64,000 nucleotides of DNA from Planctomycetota bacterium (lineage in GTDB: Bacteria > Planctomycetota > UBA1135 > GCA-002686595), in NCBI GenBank assembly GCA_043754695.1, contig JAYUUV010000009.1, positions 670-64,669 on the forward strand. Direction: 5' to 3'. Shown here in pieces: positions 36,955 through 48,662 of this stretch (its first letter is position 1; every line of letters begins with the position of its first letter). The position numbers and the translations under genes were made by a program. The notes beneath the pieces are model-generated. The model saw only the letters and a list, made by a program, of their open reading frames with translations, was not told the origin of the DNA and did no database searches.

Positions 36955-39363
36955 ATGGGGAAAGCGCTTCGCGTGGTCCTGGGTGTCCACGCACACTGGA
37001 CCGGTTCGCAGTGGGCCGCCATCGACAACGTCCTGGAGCAGGCGCTCGAGACCGCCCTGTCCGCAGCAAAGCGCCATGGGGCCGCCTGTGCCGTCGATTT
37101 CGACGCGCGCGGGCTCGAGGAATTGGCCGCGCGCTCGCCTGTGGTTCTCGAGCGTCTGCGCGCAGCGCTCTTGGAGCAGCGTGTCGAACTGACCGGTGCC
37201 TGTTACGCGCAACCCTGCGCCGGGTTGAACGGCGGCGAATCCAACATACGCCAACGTGTGCTCGGCGCGCGTGTCGTCCAGCGCTTGCTCGGCCGGCGCG
37301 TGCGCGCGATCTGGGAGGGCGCCCCCTCGATCCACCCGCAACTGCCGCAGATCCACTCAGGCCTGGGCATCCAGGCCGTCGGTCTGGTCCCCGCGATCGA
37401 GGAGTGCAGCAGCGACGTTCCGCTGGATCTGCACGAGTGCTTCGTATGGCAGGGCCCGGATGGAACGCAGCTGCGCGCGCTTGGCGCAAGTTCGCTGTCG
37501 ATGGCCTTCGCGCGCGGTGATTTCGACGCGCAGGTCGACGGGCTGCCCGCCGGCGAGGCTGCCTCCGTACTCATGGCCTGGGTGCCGCAGGATGAGCAGC
37601 GCGCGGCCGAATTCTGGGGCCGCATCGACGCGTTGCGCGCCGATCCGCGGCTTGCCTTCCAGGCAACTGCGTTCAGCGCACTCGTTCGCGATCTGGCGCC
37701 CAGGGCGCAGGGCGAACCGATTCGCATCGGCAACGATGAAGTGTTCCACGGCTACGCGCCCGCCAAGAACGGCGATCTGCTCGGGCGCGGCGTCGCCTGG
37801 TGCGAAGAGCAACTGCTCGCGGCCGAAGCGCTCGCCGCGTTGCTGGGAAGATTGCGCGACGTCGATCGCGAAATGGCGACCTGGCCCGCGTGGGAGCTCG
37901 ACGAATCCTGGCGCGAGTTGTGCATCGCGCAGCACCACTCGATCCCGGCTCGCGAGGGCCGGCTGGCCGCGGTGGCCGAATGTTCGATCGAGCGCTCGCT
38001 CGCGCTGGCGCAGGAGGTCCACGAACGCACGCTGTTTCAACTCGGCCAGAGTGTGCAGGGGCTCGAGGGCGGTCACCTGGTGCTCAATCCGCTGGGCTGG
38101 GCGCGCGATGTGCTGCACGACAGCGGCGTGGCCCGCGCCGTGCCGCCCTTTGGTTACAAGGTCGTCGATCCCTATGAGTTGGACAGCACGCCGCTCGGCC
38201 GCGTGCGCGTGCGCGAAAACGACGAACGCATCGCGCTGGTGCGCGGACGCATGCGCGTCGAGATCGACCGCAGCCGCGGCGTGATCGAGCAAATCTCGAC
38301 ACGCGAATTTCCGGAGGGGCTGCTCGATCCCGCGCGGCCGCTGCTCGATTTTTCGCTCGTGCGCGGCGGGCGAGAAGAAAAATTCCCCGAGGCGGAGGTG
38401 GCGAGTTCGTCGACCGAAGAAGAGGAAACGGACGAGCTGACCATTCGCCGCATTGGCCGCGGAGGCGTCAATCTGACGATCCAGGTCGCGATCGAGCCTT
38501 TGTTCGACGCGGTCTGGATTCGAATCCAGTCCGAGGATCTGCCGCGGCCCGATGCCGGCGCCCAAGCCGGGCTGCGCTGCGTGCTGCGGCCGCGCCTCGC
38601 GGGTGAACTCAAGTTGCGCGCCGACTCGCCCTATGGCGTCGGAGAAATCCGCGCAGAGACTTCGCGCGAGCGTCGCGCACCGCGCGGCGCAGGCCGGAGC
38701 GAACTCGTCGATACACTTCTGCGGCCCTTCACCGCGCTGCGTTTCGCAGACCTGTCCGCCGCAGACGGCCGGCGCGGTGTGCTCTACGTGCACGACGGTG
38801 CACCGTCCTTCGCGCGTATCGATGGGGGCTTCGAGCATTTGCTGTCGACGGTCGATCCTCTGGATCCAGGTTCGTTCGAAAGCGCACTGATGGCGGACCT
38901 GTGGATCGTTCCTCACGCCGGCATGGACGACGCAGCGCGCATGCGCCGCGCGATGGAATGCACGCTGGGCAATCCGCGTTTCATGCAGAGCACGGAAATT
39001 CGCGGCGGTGGGGTGCTGCCCGCGGCGATGGGCGCGCTGTCGGTGAGTCCCGAGCACGTGCTCGCCACGGCTTTTTGGCGCGAGCCGGCCAGCGCGCGCG
39101 AACACGTGGAGCACGCGCTAGGCACGGGCATGGACGCCGTGTTTGCGGTGCGGCTTGTCGAATTCTCTGGTCGCGCGGCCAAGGTCAAGTTGCGCGTCGC
39201 CGGCAGCTTGATGCGCGCCGCGCGCACCGATCTGCTGGGCGAAGTCCTCGAATTGCTTCCTGTCGAGCGCTGCGACGCGGCCTTCGGGCCCGGAGAAGGT
39301 CCCTGGAGCGAGATCAGCCTGGAGCTTGGAGCCAATGCGATCGCGACAATTCACTTCGTGTAG
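36955..39363 (+). CDS. Glycoside hydrolase family 38-like (alpha-mannosidase-like) protein
   Basis: The ATG at 36955 starts MGKALRVVLGVHAHW…. The segment LLEQRVELTGACYAQPCAGLNGGESNIRQRVLGARVVQRLLGRRVRAIWEGAPSIHPQLPQIHSGLGI parallels the GH38 N-domain block (GRxExxGGMWVEPDxNLPSGESLxRQxLxGxRFFxxxFG…WxPDxFGxxxQLPQIxxxxGI). No signal peptide is obvious. Confidence 0.5.
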   Translation: MGKALRVVLGVHAHWTGSQWAAIDNVLEQALETALSAAKRHGAACAVDFDARGLEELAARSPVVLERLRAALLEQRVELTGACYAQPCAGLNGGESNIRQRVLGARVVQRLLGRRVRAIWEGAPSIHPQLPQIHSGLGIQAVGLVPAIEECSSDVPLDLHECFVWQGPDGTQLRALGASSLSMAFARGDFDAQVDGLPAGEAASVLMAWVPQDEQRAAEFWGRIDALRADPRLAFQATAFSALVRDLAPRAQGEPIRIGNDEVFHGYAPAKNGDLLGRGVAWCEEQLLAAEALAALLGRLRDVDREMATWPAWELDESWRELCIAQHHSIPAREGRLAAVAECSIERSLALAQEVHERTLFQLGQSVQGLEGGHLVLNPLGWARDVLHDSGVARAVPPFGYKVVDPYELDSTPLGRVRVRENDERIALVRGRMRVEIDRSRGVIEQISTREFPEGLLDPARPLLDFSLVRGGREEKFPEAEVASSSTEEEETDELTIRRIGRGGVNLTIQVAIEPLFDAVWIRIQSEDLPRPDAGAQAGLRCVLRPRLAGELKLRADSPYGVGEIRAETSRERRAPRGAGRSELVDTLLRPFTALRFADLSAADGRRGVLYVHDGAPSFARIDGGFEHLLSTVDPLDPGSFESALMADLWIVPHAGMDDAARMRRAMECTLGNPRFMQSTEIRGGGVLPAAMGALSVSPEHVLATAFWREPASAREHVEHALGTGMDAVFAVRLVEFSGRAAKVKLRVAGSLMRAARTDLLGEVLELLPVERCDAAFGPGEGPWSEISLELGANAIATIHFV

Positions 39364-39445
39364 TGCCGCGCTGATCGGGATTCGCGGGTCACAGACGCCG
39401 CGCTCCTCCGTACGACAGATTTTCACGGCCCCTCGCCTCTCGCCC

Positions 39446-40324
39446 ATGAAGCTAGCTTTCAAATTGGTCGCATTGGTTCTTCTGCTCGTCGCACCGAGTC
39501 TTGCTGCTCAGCAGCACGGAGAGCTGCGCAGTCTCGCGCCCGATGGGCTCGCGCTCGGCGGCTTCGACCCGGTCAGCTACTTCCCCGCGGGCGGGATGGC
39601 CGCCGCGATTGGCAGCGAGAAGTTCGAGTTCAAACTCGGGCCGGCGCGCTATCGATTCGTCAGTGCCGAGCATCTGGCGTGGTTCAAGAGCGAGACCGAA
39701 CGCTACGAACCGGCGTACGGCGGGTTCGATGCAGCATCGATTGCTGGTGGGGGAAGGAAGCCGGCGAGTCCGCAGTCGTTCAAGGTGGTCGGCGCACGGC
39801 TTTTCCTGTTCGCTGAGCCGACGGAAGTGGGCGCCTTCGACGCGAAGCAGGTCTCCAGCGCCGACGAAGCCTGGAAAAAACTGAGCGGCGAATCCGCGCG
39901 CGGGGTTGCCGCCGACGACGCGCGCGTCGGCGTGAAATGGAATCTCGGCAAGGACCAACTCGCCATCGAAGGCTTCGACCCGGTCAGCTATTTCCCCGAG
40001 GGCGGCGGCTCGCCGGTGAAGGGCGATCCGAAGCTCGAAAGCGTCCTGGACGGCGCGCGCTATCGGTTTGCGAGCGCCGCGCACCAGAAATGGTTTTTGG
40101 CCGAGCCTGCGCGCTACCGCCCGAAGTACGGCGGCTGGTGCGCCTATGCCATGGTCGACGGCGACGACGTCGAAGTCGATCCGAAGTCCTTCCTGATCGA
40201 GCACAGCCGGCTCTTGCTTTTCTACAAGGGCTTCTTGGCCGACACGCGCGCGAAGTGGTTGCCCAAGGCGCAGGAATTCGCGCCGAAGGCGGACGCCGCG
40301 TGGGCGAAGCACGCGCTCAAGTGA
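39446..40324 (+). CDS. Secreted tandem YHS-domain-like protein
   Basis: The ATG at 39446 gives the signal peptide MKLAFKLVALVLLLVAPSLAA. There are two repeats of GFDPVSYFP…G…ARYRF(V/A)SA(E/A)H…WF…P.RY.P.YGG. Only the second repeat has the YGGWCAY Cys. Confidence 0.7.
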   Translation: MKLAFKLVALVLLLVAPSLAAQQHGELRSLAPDGLALGGFDPVSYFPAGGMAAAIGSEKFEFKLGPARYRFVSAEHLAWFKSETERYEPAYGGFDAASIAGGGRKPASPQSFKVVGARLFLFAEPTEVGAFDAKQVSSADEAWKKLSGESARGVAADDARVGVKWNLGKDQLAIEGFDPVSYFPEGGGSPVKGDPKLESVLDGARYRFASAAHQKWFLAEPARYRPKYGGWCAYAMVDGDDVEVDPKSFLIEHSRLLLFYKGFLADTRAKWLPKAQEFAPKADAAWAKHALK

Positions 40325-40444
40325 TCCCGGTCAGGGCAGGCGCGCACTGAAAAAGAAGCGAGGCCGACCATCCCGCAGGCTGGCCGACCTCGACTGCTTT
40401 AGCGCGGCACGAGCGTCAACGCACAGTCGACACTCGCCAAGGAA

Positions 40445-43069
40445 TTACGGGCAAACCGTGAACTCGAGTCCGTTGCTCAAGGTGATGTTGTCTGGCGCGG
40501 GGAAGCCGTTGTCGCGGCCCCAGAACTGCGCGTCGACCAGCGTGCCGGCGACTTGCAATGCGGCGAGCGGAGTTCCGCCGAGCGCGCCGATCGCGAAGGC
40601 GTTCATGTCGATCGCGTACACGCCGGTGCAATCCAGTCCGCTCGGCGAACCGCCGGAGACAACTCCGACGGTGCGCTTGATGGCTCCGCCCAGGCAGAGT
40701 GTGCCACCGCCGAACGGAGTCGCGGCTTGGCCGCCCGTGCCGTAGAGCATCAGGCCAGGCTTGTTGTTGAGCACGTTCGCCGCGCTGATCGTGAAGCCGG
40801 AACCGGCCGTCGCGCTCGACGTTCCAGCGAACCCGATGCTCGGCACACAGCCCAGCGAATTGATCTTCGCCACGCAGTAGGCCGTCGGCGCCGCGCAGGA
40901 CGGGACGGGATCGATCCCGGTCACGACCAGCGCAAAGCGCGCGTTGACGCCCGGGTCGCCGCTCGCGGCATCCGTGTTGATGTCGCTCGCGATGACTTCC
41001 ACGGTCCAGGTTCCGGCCGCGGGACTTTGCACGAACACGTTTTCGACCGTGTCCTTGGTGTTGGCGACTCCGCCTGGGGTTGAGAAAAGTCCTGCAGTCA
41101 GTCCGTTGTTGCCGAAGTAGATCGTGCCACTCGGCGACGTGACCTTGAGCGTCAAATCGTTGAGCCGGGCCAGCGCCGCCCCAACCAGACCCTTGGGATC
41201 CAGGTAGCACAGGGTCGCACGGAATTCGGCTGCGCCGGGGGAAACCGTCAACGGGTACGAAACCGTTTGCAGATTCACCAGGAGCTGCGACTCATCGATG
41301 TAGAACGTGTTCAGTCGCCGGTCGTAGGTGTTCTTCAGATCGACCAGTCCCCAACCCTGCTTCACGCGCGTCAGGCCCGCGCCCGCACCACCCGCGGTCC
41401 AGTTGTAGGGATTCGCGTTGTTCACCATGAAGGCCTTGGCCGTCATTGCGTGGCAACGATTTTCGAAGACCGTGCCACCCGGATTGGGCACTGGGTTGCC
41501 AAACACCTGTTGCGACCACATCTGGAAGAAGAGTCCGAAGTGGCCGGCCGTGATCGGCGTCGCTCCGGAGGTTCCACCGAACGAACTGGTGTACGTGCTG
41601 GTCGTCGTCGTGGTGAAGATGTTGTCGTAGAAGTGCGACAGCTCCGGTTTGATCCGGCCGTCGGCGGCGGGCCCAAAGGTCGCGCTGCTGACGTTGTCGT
41701 CGGTCTTGCTCAGCGTGTTGACGTGATCGACCCCGCCGACCGAGACGATGTTCTTGGCCCAGGCCTGCGGCCGCGCACTTTGCGAGTTCGTGTTCGACAT
41801 CGACTGACAGATCACGATGTCGTTGATGAAAATGATGTCGTCGAGTTCCTGGGACTTGGACGTGTACTGCGTCGTCTGCGAATCGCCCCAGCTGTTCGAC
41901 TGGAACACGCACTTGTAAATGTCGGTCGGGTCGACGAGATCGGCGGTCAATGCGTAGCGGTCAGGCGCGGGGGAGTAGGCACTGATGAAACCCTGTCCCT
42001 TGGACAGGAGGCCTTTTGCCTGCGGATTCACGCCGTGGGCGAAGATCTGGCCGCTCGTGGACGTGCCGTGCGAGTCACTGTTCACGGCCAGGTGCGCCGC
42101 AAGCGGCAAAAATCCCGGCGCGGCGGTGAATTCCGGGTGAGAGAGCTGCGCGCCGCCGTCCATGACCTCTCCGCGCACACCGGTTCCATCGAACATTGGC
42201 GAGCCCAGCGGCTCGATGTACGTGGCGCCGCTGATCTGGCGCGCGATGTCCATGTCGTTCTCGGGCTCGCCCCACGGATCGATGAACGCGACTTCGTCCA
42301 TGCCTGCGAGCGCCACGATCATCTCGGCGTTGAGCGTTGCCTCGAAGCGGAAGCCTGAGGGGTAATTGAGGTCGATCGAGCCGCCCATGGCAACGATTCG
42401 CGAGGCCACCAGGTTCTTCTGCTCGGGCCCGCGTTCGAACACGACGACGTTGTAGCGCGCGGTCGGCGGCAGCGTTCCGCCGTTGAGGCCGTCCTGGATC
42501 GATCCGTCGAGACGGTACTCGCCGTGAAACTTGCCGATCCAGCGCACGAAGGGCAATGCACCCACATCCGCGCGCGCCATGCCGGGCAACTTGACGACGT
42601 AGGCGTGATTGCCGACGTAGTCGTAAATCGAACCGCCCAGTTGCACGATCGCCTGGCGGAATTCTTCCAGCGGCTGGGTCACGAACTGGACGATGTAGAT
42701 GTTCTCGCCGGCGGAGAGCAGCGAGTTGTCGAAGCTCGGCGCGGCGACCAGCGGGTCGAACGTCGCGCGGCGCAGCATGATCGAGTAGTCCGTCGCGGTC
42801 GAAACGGCGAAACTGCGGCCGTCCTGACTGATCGCGTAGTGGGGCGTGAGCAGGCCGTCGCTCGAACGCTCGTTCCACAGCGCCAGTTTCACCAAGGATC
42901 CCGGCACCGCGATCATGCGCGAGTCCTGGACCATTGCAGTCAGTTCACTGCCGGCGCCGTACGCCGGTGCGCCGGCGATCGCCGAGCTCGCCGAAGACGA
43001 GAAGATCAGACTCGCGAGGGCGAATCCGATCGTGGGAAGCACGCTGCTTGAGTGGGGGGCCATCCGCAA
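40445..43069 (-). CDS. Secreted subtilisin-like serine protease (peptidase S8) with extra C-terminal Cys-containing domain
   Basis: The signal-like N-terminus is followed by the catalytic-triad contexts GEVMDGG (Asp), [11 protein letters not shown] (His) and [14 protein letters not shown] (Ser). The last ~150 aa form a separate Gly/Ala/Cys domain. Confidence 0.85.
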   Translation of the reverse strand: MRMAPHSSSVLPTIGFALASLIFSSSASSAIAGAPAYGAGSELTAMVQDSRMIAVPGSLVKLALWNERSSDGLLTPHYAISQDGRSFAVSTATDYSIMLRRATFDPLVAAPSFDNSLLSAGENIYIVQFVTQPLEEFRQAIVQLGGSIYDYVGNHAYVVKLPGMARADVGALPFVRWIGKFHGEYRLDGSIQDGLNGGTLPPTARYNVVVFERGPEQKNLVASRIVAMGGSIDLNYPSGFRFEATLNAEMIVALAGMDEVAFIDPWGEPENDMDIARQISGATYIEPLGSPMFDGTGVRGEVMDGGAQLSHPEFTAAPGFLPLAAHLAVNSDSHGTSTSGQIFAHGVNPQAKGLLSKGQGFISAYSPAPDRYALTADLVDPTDIYKCVFQSNSWGDSQTTQYTSKSQELDDIIFINDIVICQSMSNTNSQSARPQAWAKNIVSVGGVDHVNTLSKTDDNVSSATFGPAADGRIKPELSHFYDNIFTTTTTSTYTSSFGGTSGATPITAGHFGLFFQMWSQQVFGNPVPNPGGTVFENRCHAMTAKAFMVNNANPYNWTAGGAGAGLTRVKQGWGLVDLKNTYDRRLNTFYIDESQLLVNLQTVSYPLTVSPGAAEFRATLCYLDPKGLVGAALARLNDLTLKVTSPSGTIYFGNNGLTAGLFSTPGGVANTKDTVENVFVQSPAAGTWTVEVIASDINTDAASGDPGVNARFALVVTGIDPVPSCAAPTAYCVAKINSLGCVPSIGFAGTSSATAGSGFTISAANVLNNKPGLMLYGTGGQAATPFGGGTLCLGGAIKRTVGVVSGGSPSGLDCTGVYAIDMNAFAIGALGGTPLAALQVAGTLVDAQFWGRDNGFPAPDNITLSNGLEFTVCP

Positions 43070-43330
43070 TCTACTCCTGAAGAAAAATGAGGCTGCTAGC
43101 GACCAACGCGTTCGACCCCGAAAAAACTGCGCACCGGGTGGGACCTGGTACGCAATGGGACGGACGGCGTTACCCGCTCAAGGCTAGCTCAGATTCAGCG
43201 GCGTGCACCTTGCTTGGGACAATTCCAGTCGGCGTCCCCGGGGAAAACGGGTGTTGCCCTGCGCATGAAGGTTTCGAGAGGTTCGGGTTCGCGGACGTCG
43301 CCGGTCCAGCGATTCCTCGGGGATTTCCTA

Positions 43331-43362
43331 GGAAAAGGGCCCCCGAGAATCCCCGGGGGCCC
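43331..43362 (-). terminator. Rho-independent terminator of the small Cys-rich protein gene
   Basis: The minus strand reads GGGCCCCCG-GGGATTCT-CGGGGGCCC followed by TTTTCC, a perfect 9-bp GC stem. It lies about 70 nt downstream of the stop at 43431. Confidence 0.75.
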
Positions 43363-43430
43363 GACCACACTGGGGCTGTCCGGCGCCCCCACAGGCGCCG
43401 CGCGAACCCCATCCCGGCTCGCGAACGATT

Positions 43431-43892
43431 TCAGTTGGCGTGCACGCGCCAGCTGCCTTCGACCCAGACTCGCTCGGTGATGCACTTCCACGCTCCGGGC
43501 TCTTGGACCGTGCGCCAGTAGCCGGCGCGGACTTCGACGCGATCGACGTGCAGACGTCCGCAGTAGTCGCGCCAGCAGCGCTCTTGAAAGACCGCCGGCA
43601 CGTACTCCTGGCGCACGCAACCTGGAACGAAGACGCGACGTTCGACGTCTTGGTAGTGGCCTGGATCCCAGACCGGTTGCGGCGCGCAGTGCGGCGGTTG
43701 CACGCGGATCGGAGGCGCGCAGAACGGCGCGCCGAAGTTGAAGCCGGCGCTCACGCCGATCGAGCTGTGGTGTCCCTGCTTGCCGAACCCGATGCGCAGC
43801 TGTTGGGCTTGCGCCCCGGGTGCGACGAAGGCGACGACGAGCGGGAGCGCTGCCAGGGCGAATGCGCGACGCAGGAGATTGAATGCTGTCAT
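43431..43892 (-). CDS. Small secreted Cys-rich protein (153 aa)
   Basis: The internal ATG at 43892 gives the signal peptide MTAFNLLRRAFALAALPLVVAFVAPGAQA. The mature part has 6 Cys and W/Y/V-rich beta-like segments. The upstream part of the listed 219-aa ORF is junk-like. Confidence 0.6.
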   Translation of the reverse strand: MTAFNLLRRAFALAALPLVVAFVAPGAQAQQLRIGFGKQGHHSSIGVSAGFNFGAPFCAPPIRVQPPHCAPQPVWDPGHYQDVERRVFVPGCVRQEYVPAVFQERCWRDYCGRLHVDRVEVRAGYWRTVQEPGAWKCITERVWVEGSWRVHAN

Positions 43893-44181
43893 GGGAGGCT
43901 TGCTTCCGCGGCACATGACCGCGGCGGGTGGCAGAAGTGCGAACCCCGTGCCAAGGCCGTTCTTGGCCATGCCAATGCGCCTTCCGGGCGCCGGATGCCA
44001 CTGCGGTCGAATCGGAGCGCGGAGCTGTCCACCGCCGGGGTCAGCGCCTGGACTCCCCAAGGCACACTTCGTTGGCCCCTGCGCTCGCACAATCGCCGCG
44101 AGCTTCCGGCTGGAGTTCGGAACGGACTCGTTATAGATATGTCCTGTGGCGTGCCTTGGATTCGGCGCGCCCGCTTCGTCA

Positions 44182-45137
<956 letters not shown>

Positions 45138-45141
<4 letters not shown>

Positions 45142-48100
45142 TCTTCGCGATCGTCGCTGCGTGGGGGATGATCCAGCAGCCGCAGGCGCCCGAAACGCAT
45201 TTCACGGTTCCGCCGGGATTCGTGGTTGATCGGCCGAGCGATTTTTCGGGATCGTTGATTTCGCTCACGTTCGCTCCAGACGGAAGCGCGTACATCGGCC
45301 GCGAAGCGGAAGGCATCGTGCGTCTGTCGGATGTCGATCACGATGGTCGATATGAACGCGTAGAAGAATTCGCGCCCGAGCTGACGATGTGTCAGGGCCT
45401 GGCGGTGAAAGACGGCGCGCTGCTCTCGACGGGCGTGATCGAATCGAAAGTCGGTCTGTGGCGTGTGCCGATCAGCGCGAATGGATTGCGCGCGGGACCC
45501 GCGGAAAGACTTTTCGAATTCACCGATGGCGGCGAGCATGGGGCCCACGCGGTCGTCGTTGGGCCCGATGGCTCCGTCTACGTGATCGTCGGCAACCAGT
45601 CGGCCTTCAGCGACGCGGAGGGCCATGCCAGCGGCTATTGGGCGGGGGACGAGGGGCGATTGCTCCCACCTTATATGGATCCGCTCGGCTTCGGGGCGAA
45701 GGTGCGCTACCCCGCCGGATTCGTGGCGCGGGTCGACTTGGAAAAGCGCACGTGGCAGTACGTCGCGGTCGGGATTCGCAATGCGTACGACCTCGCCTTC
45801 GACAACAACGGCTACATGTTCGCGGTCGACAGCGATATGGAGTGGGACATCGGTCTGCCGTGGTATCGCCCCGTGCGCCTGCTCGAGATCCTCGAAGGCG
45901 CCGACTACGGTTCGCGCGCGGGCTCGAGCGTCATTCCGGAATGGTGCGTCGACACGGAACCCGCCTTGCTCGATCTCGGCCGCGGCTCGCCGACGGGCGC
46001 GGTCTTCGGAACGCGCACCCGGTTTCCACTCGAGTGGAAGTGGGCGCTGTACAGCGGAGACTGGGCGCGCGGAAAAATCCTGGCGCTGTCGACGGGCGCA
46101 GATATTCACAGCGACAAGTCCGGGAGCGTAGATTTCTTGAGCGCGGACACAGCGCTTCCAATCACCGATATCGAAGTCGGCCCTGAAGGCGGCTTGTGGT
46201 TCTTGACCGGCGGTCGTGGTGCTCACGGCGGAGTGTTCCGTGTTCAGTGTCCCGCGGCAGCCGACGCGCAACTGTCCAGCTTGAAACGGCCGGACAGAGA
46301 GTCCCGTGGAATGAGGACGCGCACAGTCGAGTGGGTGAAGTTGCTCCTCACAGGGAGATATCAGCGTGTGATCGATCAGGATCCGTGGTTTGGGTTCTGG
46401 CAGGATCGAAGCCTCTGGCCACTTCAGGCTCGAATAGTGTGGTGGGGATTCAGTGATGGAGACCGCAAGTCGATGCTGCGGTCTCGGAAACCAGTCGACC
46501 GCGCGAGCGCCCTGGTGACTCTCGCATCCGTGACCAAGATTGAGTATCGGGCGGACGCGATTGCGAAGCTCGCGCCGCGCGCGCTAGATGACATTGTCGC
46601 CGCCGCGGAATCGCGCACGGACCTTACCCTGGCGGGGCTGCGCGGCTTGGAATTGGGTCTGCTCCGTCAGGGCGATCCGTCGCCGGAACTCATGGAGCAA
46701 CTTGCGACGCGATTGCTCGCCATGTTCCCGAACGAAGATGCGCGGATAGCGGGCGAAGTTGGCGTTTTGCTTTCGCATCTCGACGACGTGCGAGCACTCG
46801 CGCCGCTCATGAGCGAGATGGCGAAGAGCCCGCAGGAGCTTGCGATCCACTACGCCGATTGCGTGCATCGCATGACGCATGGCTGGGACGCTGCGAAGCG
46901 GCGCGCGATGCTCGATTGGTTCGCGCGCTCGAGCGAATACACGGGTGGCATTTCCCTGCCCGGTTATTTGTCGGCCATGCGCGCGCATTTCATCGCGAAC
47001 TTGCAGCTCGACGCGTGCAAGGAACTTGCTCCACAAGATGGAATCGAAGCGGAGAGCCTCGCGCTGATTCTCGCGCGGCTGCCCGCCGAGGATGCCGAGA
47101 AGTACTTCGCGAAGTTCGAGACTGCACTGGCGCGCATCGTGCCGAAGTCCTTCGGGACGCGCGAGCAATCGACCAAGGACGCAGCACTGCGCGCGCTTTC
47201 GCCGCTGAAGCTCGCCGCGGTGGACGAGCTTGCGCGCAAACTTGCCGTGACCGAAGGCGGGATCCTCGAAGCTCCCTGGGCACTGCTCGCGCGATCGCCG
47301 GATCCACGCGATTACGCGCTGTGGGTCGGCGCGATCGTTTCGCCATCGTCTACGAAGCGCGAGACTGCTTTCGGCGCGCTCGAGAAAATCGAACTTGCGC
47401 CGACGAGCGCCGACGAATGGCGCGCGCTGCTCGATCACGCGCGCGAAATCGGCTCGCGCCGCGGCCGCGAGTTGACGCGCACGCTGGCGCGTTGGTGTCG
47501 CAATTCAGGCGGGGCGGTCTCGGAGGGCGAGCTTTCAACGCCGAAAGACTTCGACGCCGCGCTCGCCGCGATCGAGAGCTGGTACGCAGCCCAATTTCCC
47601 CAGGGAAAAGGCCCGTCGACGCCGGATCCGAGTCCTCATTGGTCGGAAGAGCAGATCCTGGCCTTCCTGAAGCGCGCAAAGTCGCGACCGGGTTCGCCCG
47701 CACTCGGCCGCGTGGTTTTCGAAGCCGCGGGCTGCATCGCGTGTCATGCGGTCGGAACGACTCCAGCGACTGATCGCCGCGGATTTGGACCCGATCTTGC
47801 CAATGTCACGGATCGTTTGTCCGACGCTGACTTGCTCGCGGCGATCATGGCGCCCTCGCGCATCGTCTCCGATCAATATCGCGCCTTCATCGCGTTGACC
47901 AAGGACGATCGCATGTTCGAGGGCATCGTCACGCGCCGCGACGACAAGGGCATCGAGATCCGGCCCGCGGGGCAGGAGCCGATCGAGATCGAAAGCGATG
48001 ATCTCGAATCGCTCAAACCTTCGACACGTTCGTCGATGCCCGAGGGTCTGCTCGATTCGCGCACCCTGGAGGAGGTCCGCGATCTCTTCGCGTACCTGAA

Positions 48101-48662
48101 GAATCCGGCTGCGACCGGGGCCACACAGAATTGGTCAGCGCTCTTCGGCCCCGGGGGCATCAAGGGCTGGGACGGCGACGCCGCGATCTGGAGTCTGCGC
48201 GGCGCGACGCTTTTCGGCCGTTCCGTCGGCATTGCGCGCAGTTCCTACATCCTCGCGCCGATGCCGGCGCAGGACATGTGCGTCGAGTTCGACGTTTTCC
48301 TGCCGCCGGGCGGCAACTCAGGTCTGTGTTATCGCGCGGAGCGACCGAGCGATCCGGCGACTACGGATCCGAGCGGAGCCCAGGCGGATCTGGGCCAATC
48401 GTATTGGGGCACGCTGTACACGCCGGAACTTGCGACCCACGGCAAACCCGATGCCGCGTTGCTCGAAGCCGCGCTCGATCGCAACGGCTGGAATCATGTG
48501 CTCGTGCGTTTCGCGGGCGATCAGCAGTCGATGGAGATCAACGGCTTCGAGACGTATTCGCTGCGCGAAGCACTTCCACCCGGTACGAAGTTCGGCTTCC
48601 AGGTGCACCAGGGCAAGCCGATGCAGGTCAGGATCGCCAACGCGCGTTGGCGCGCGCCCTGA
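45138..48662 (+). CDS. Large dehydrogenase-like beta-propeller / HEAT-repeat / CxxCH heme-binding / DUF1080 protein (PVC-type architecture)
   Basis: 1174 aa. The N-terminal block is [12 protein letters not shown]…[11 protein letters not shown]…DVDHDGRYE. The central part has long helical repeats. The single cytochrome c motif is [11 protein letters not shown]. The C-terminal domain is …[18 protein letters not shown]…[10 protein letters not shown]…[19 protein letters not shown], typical of DUF1080. The ATG overlaps the cbpA stop (ATGA). Confidence 0.8.

Noticed and set aside
40325-40444. Terminator between the convergent YHS and S8 protease genes
   Set aside because: The apparent GGCCGACC…GGCCGACC is a direct repeat, not an inverted one. 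The only stem (TCGACTG…CAGTCGA) has a 27-nt loop and no U-tract.
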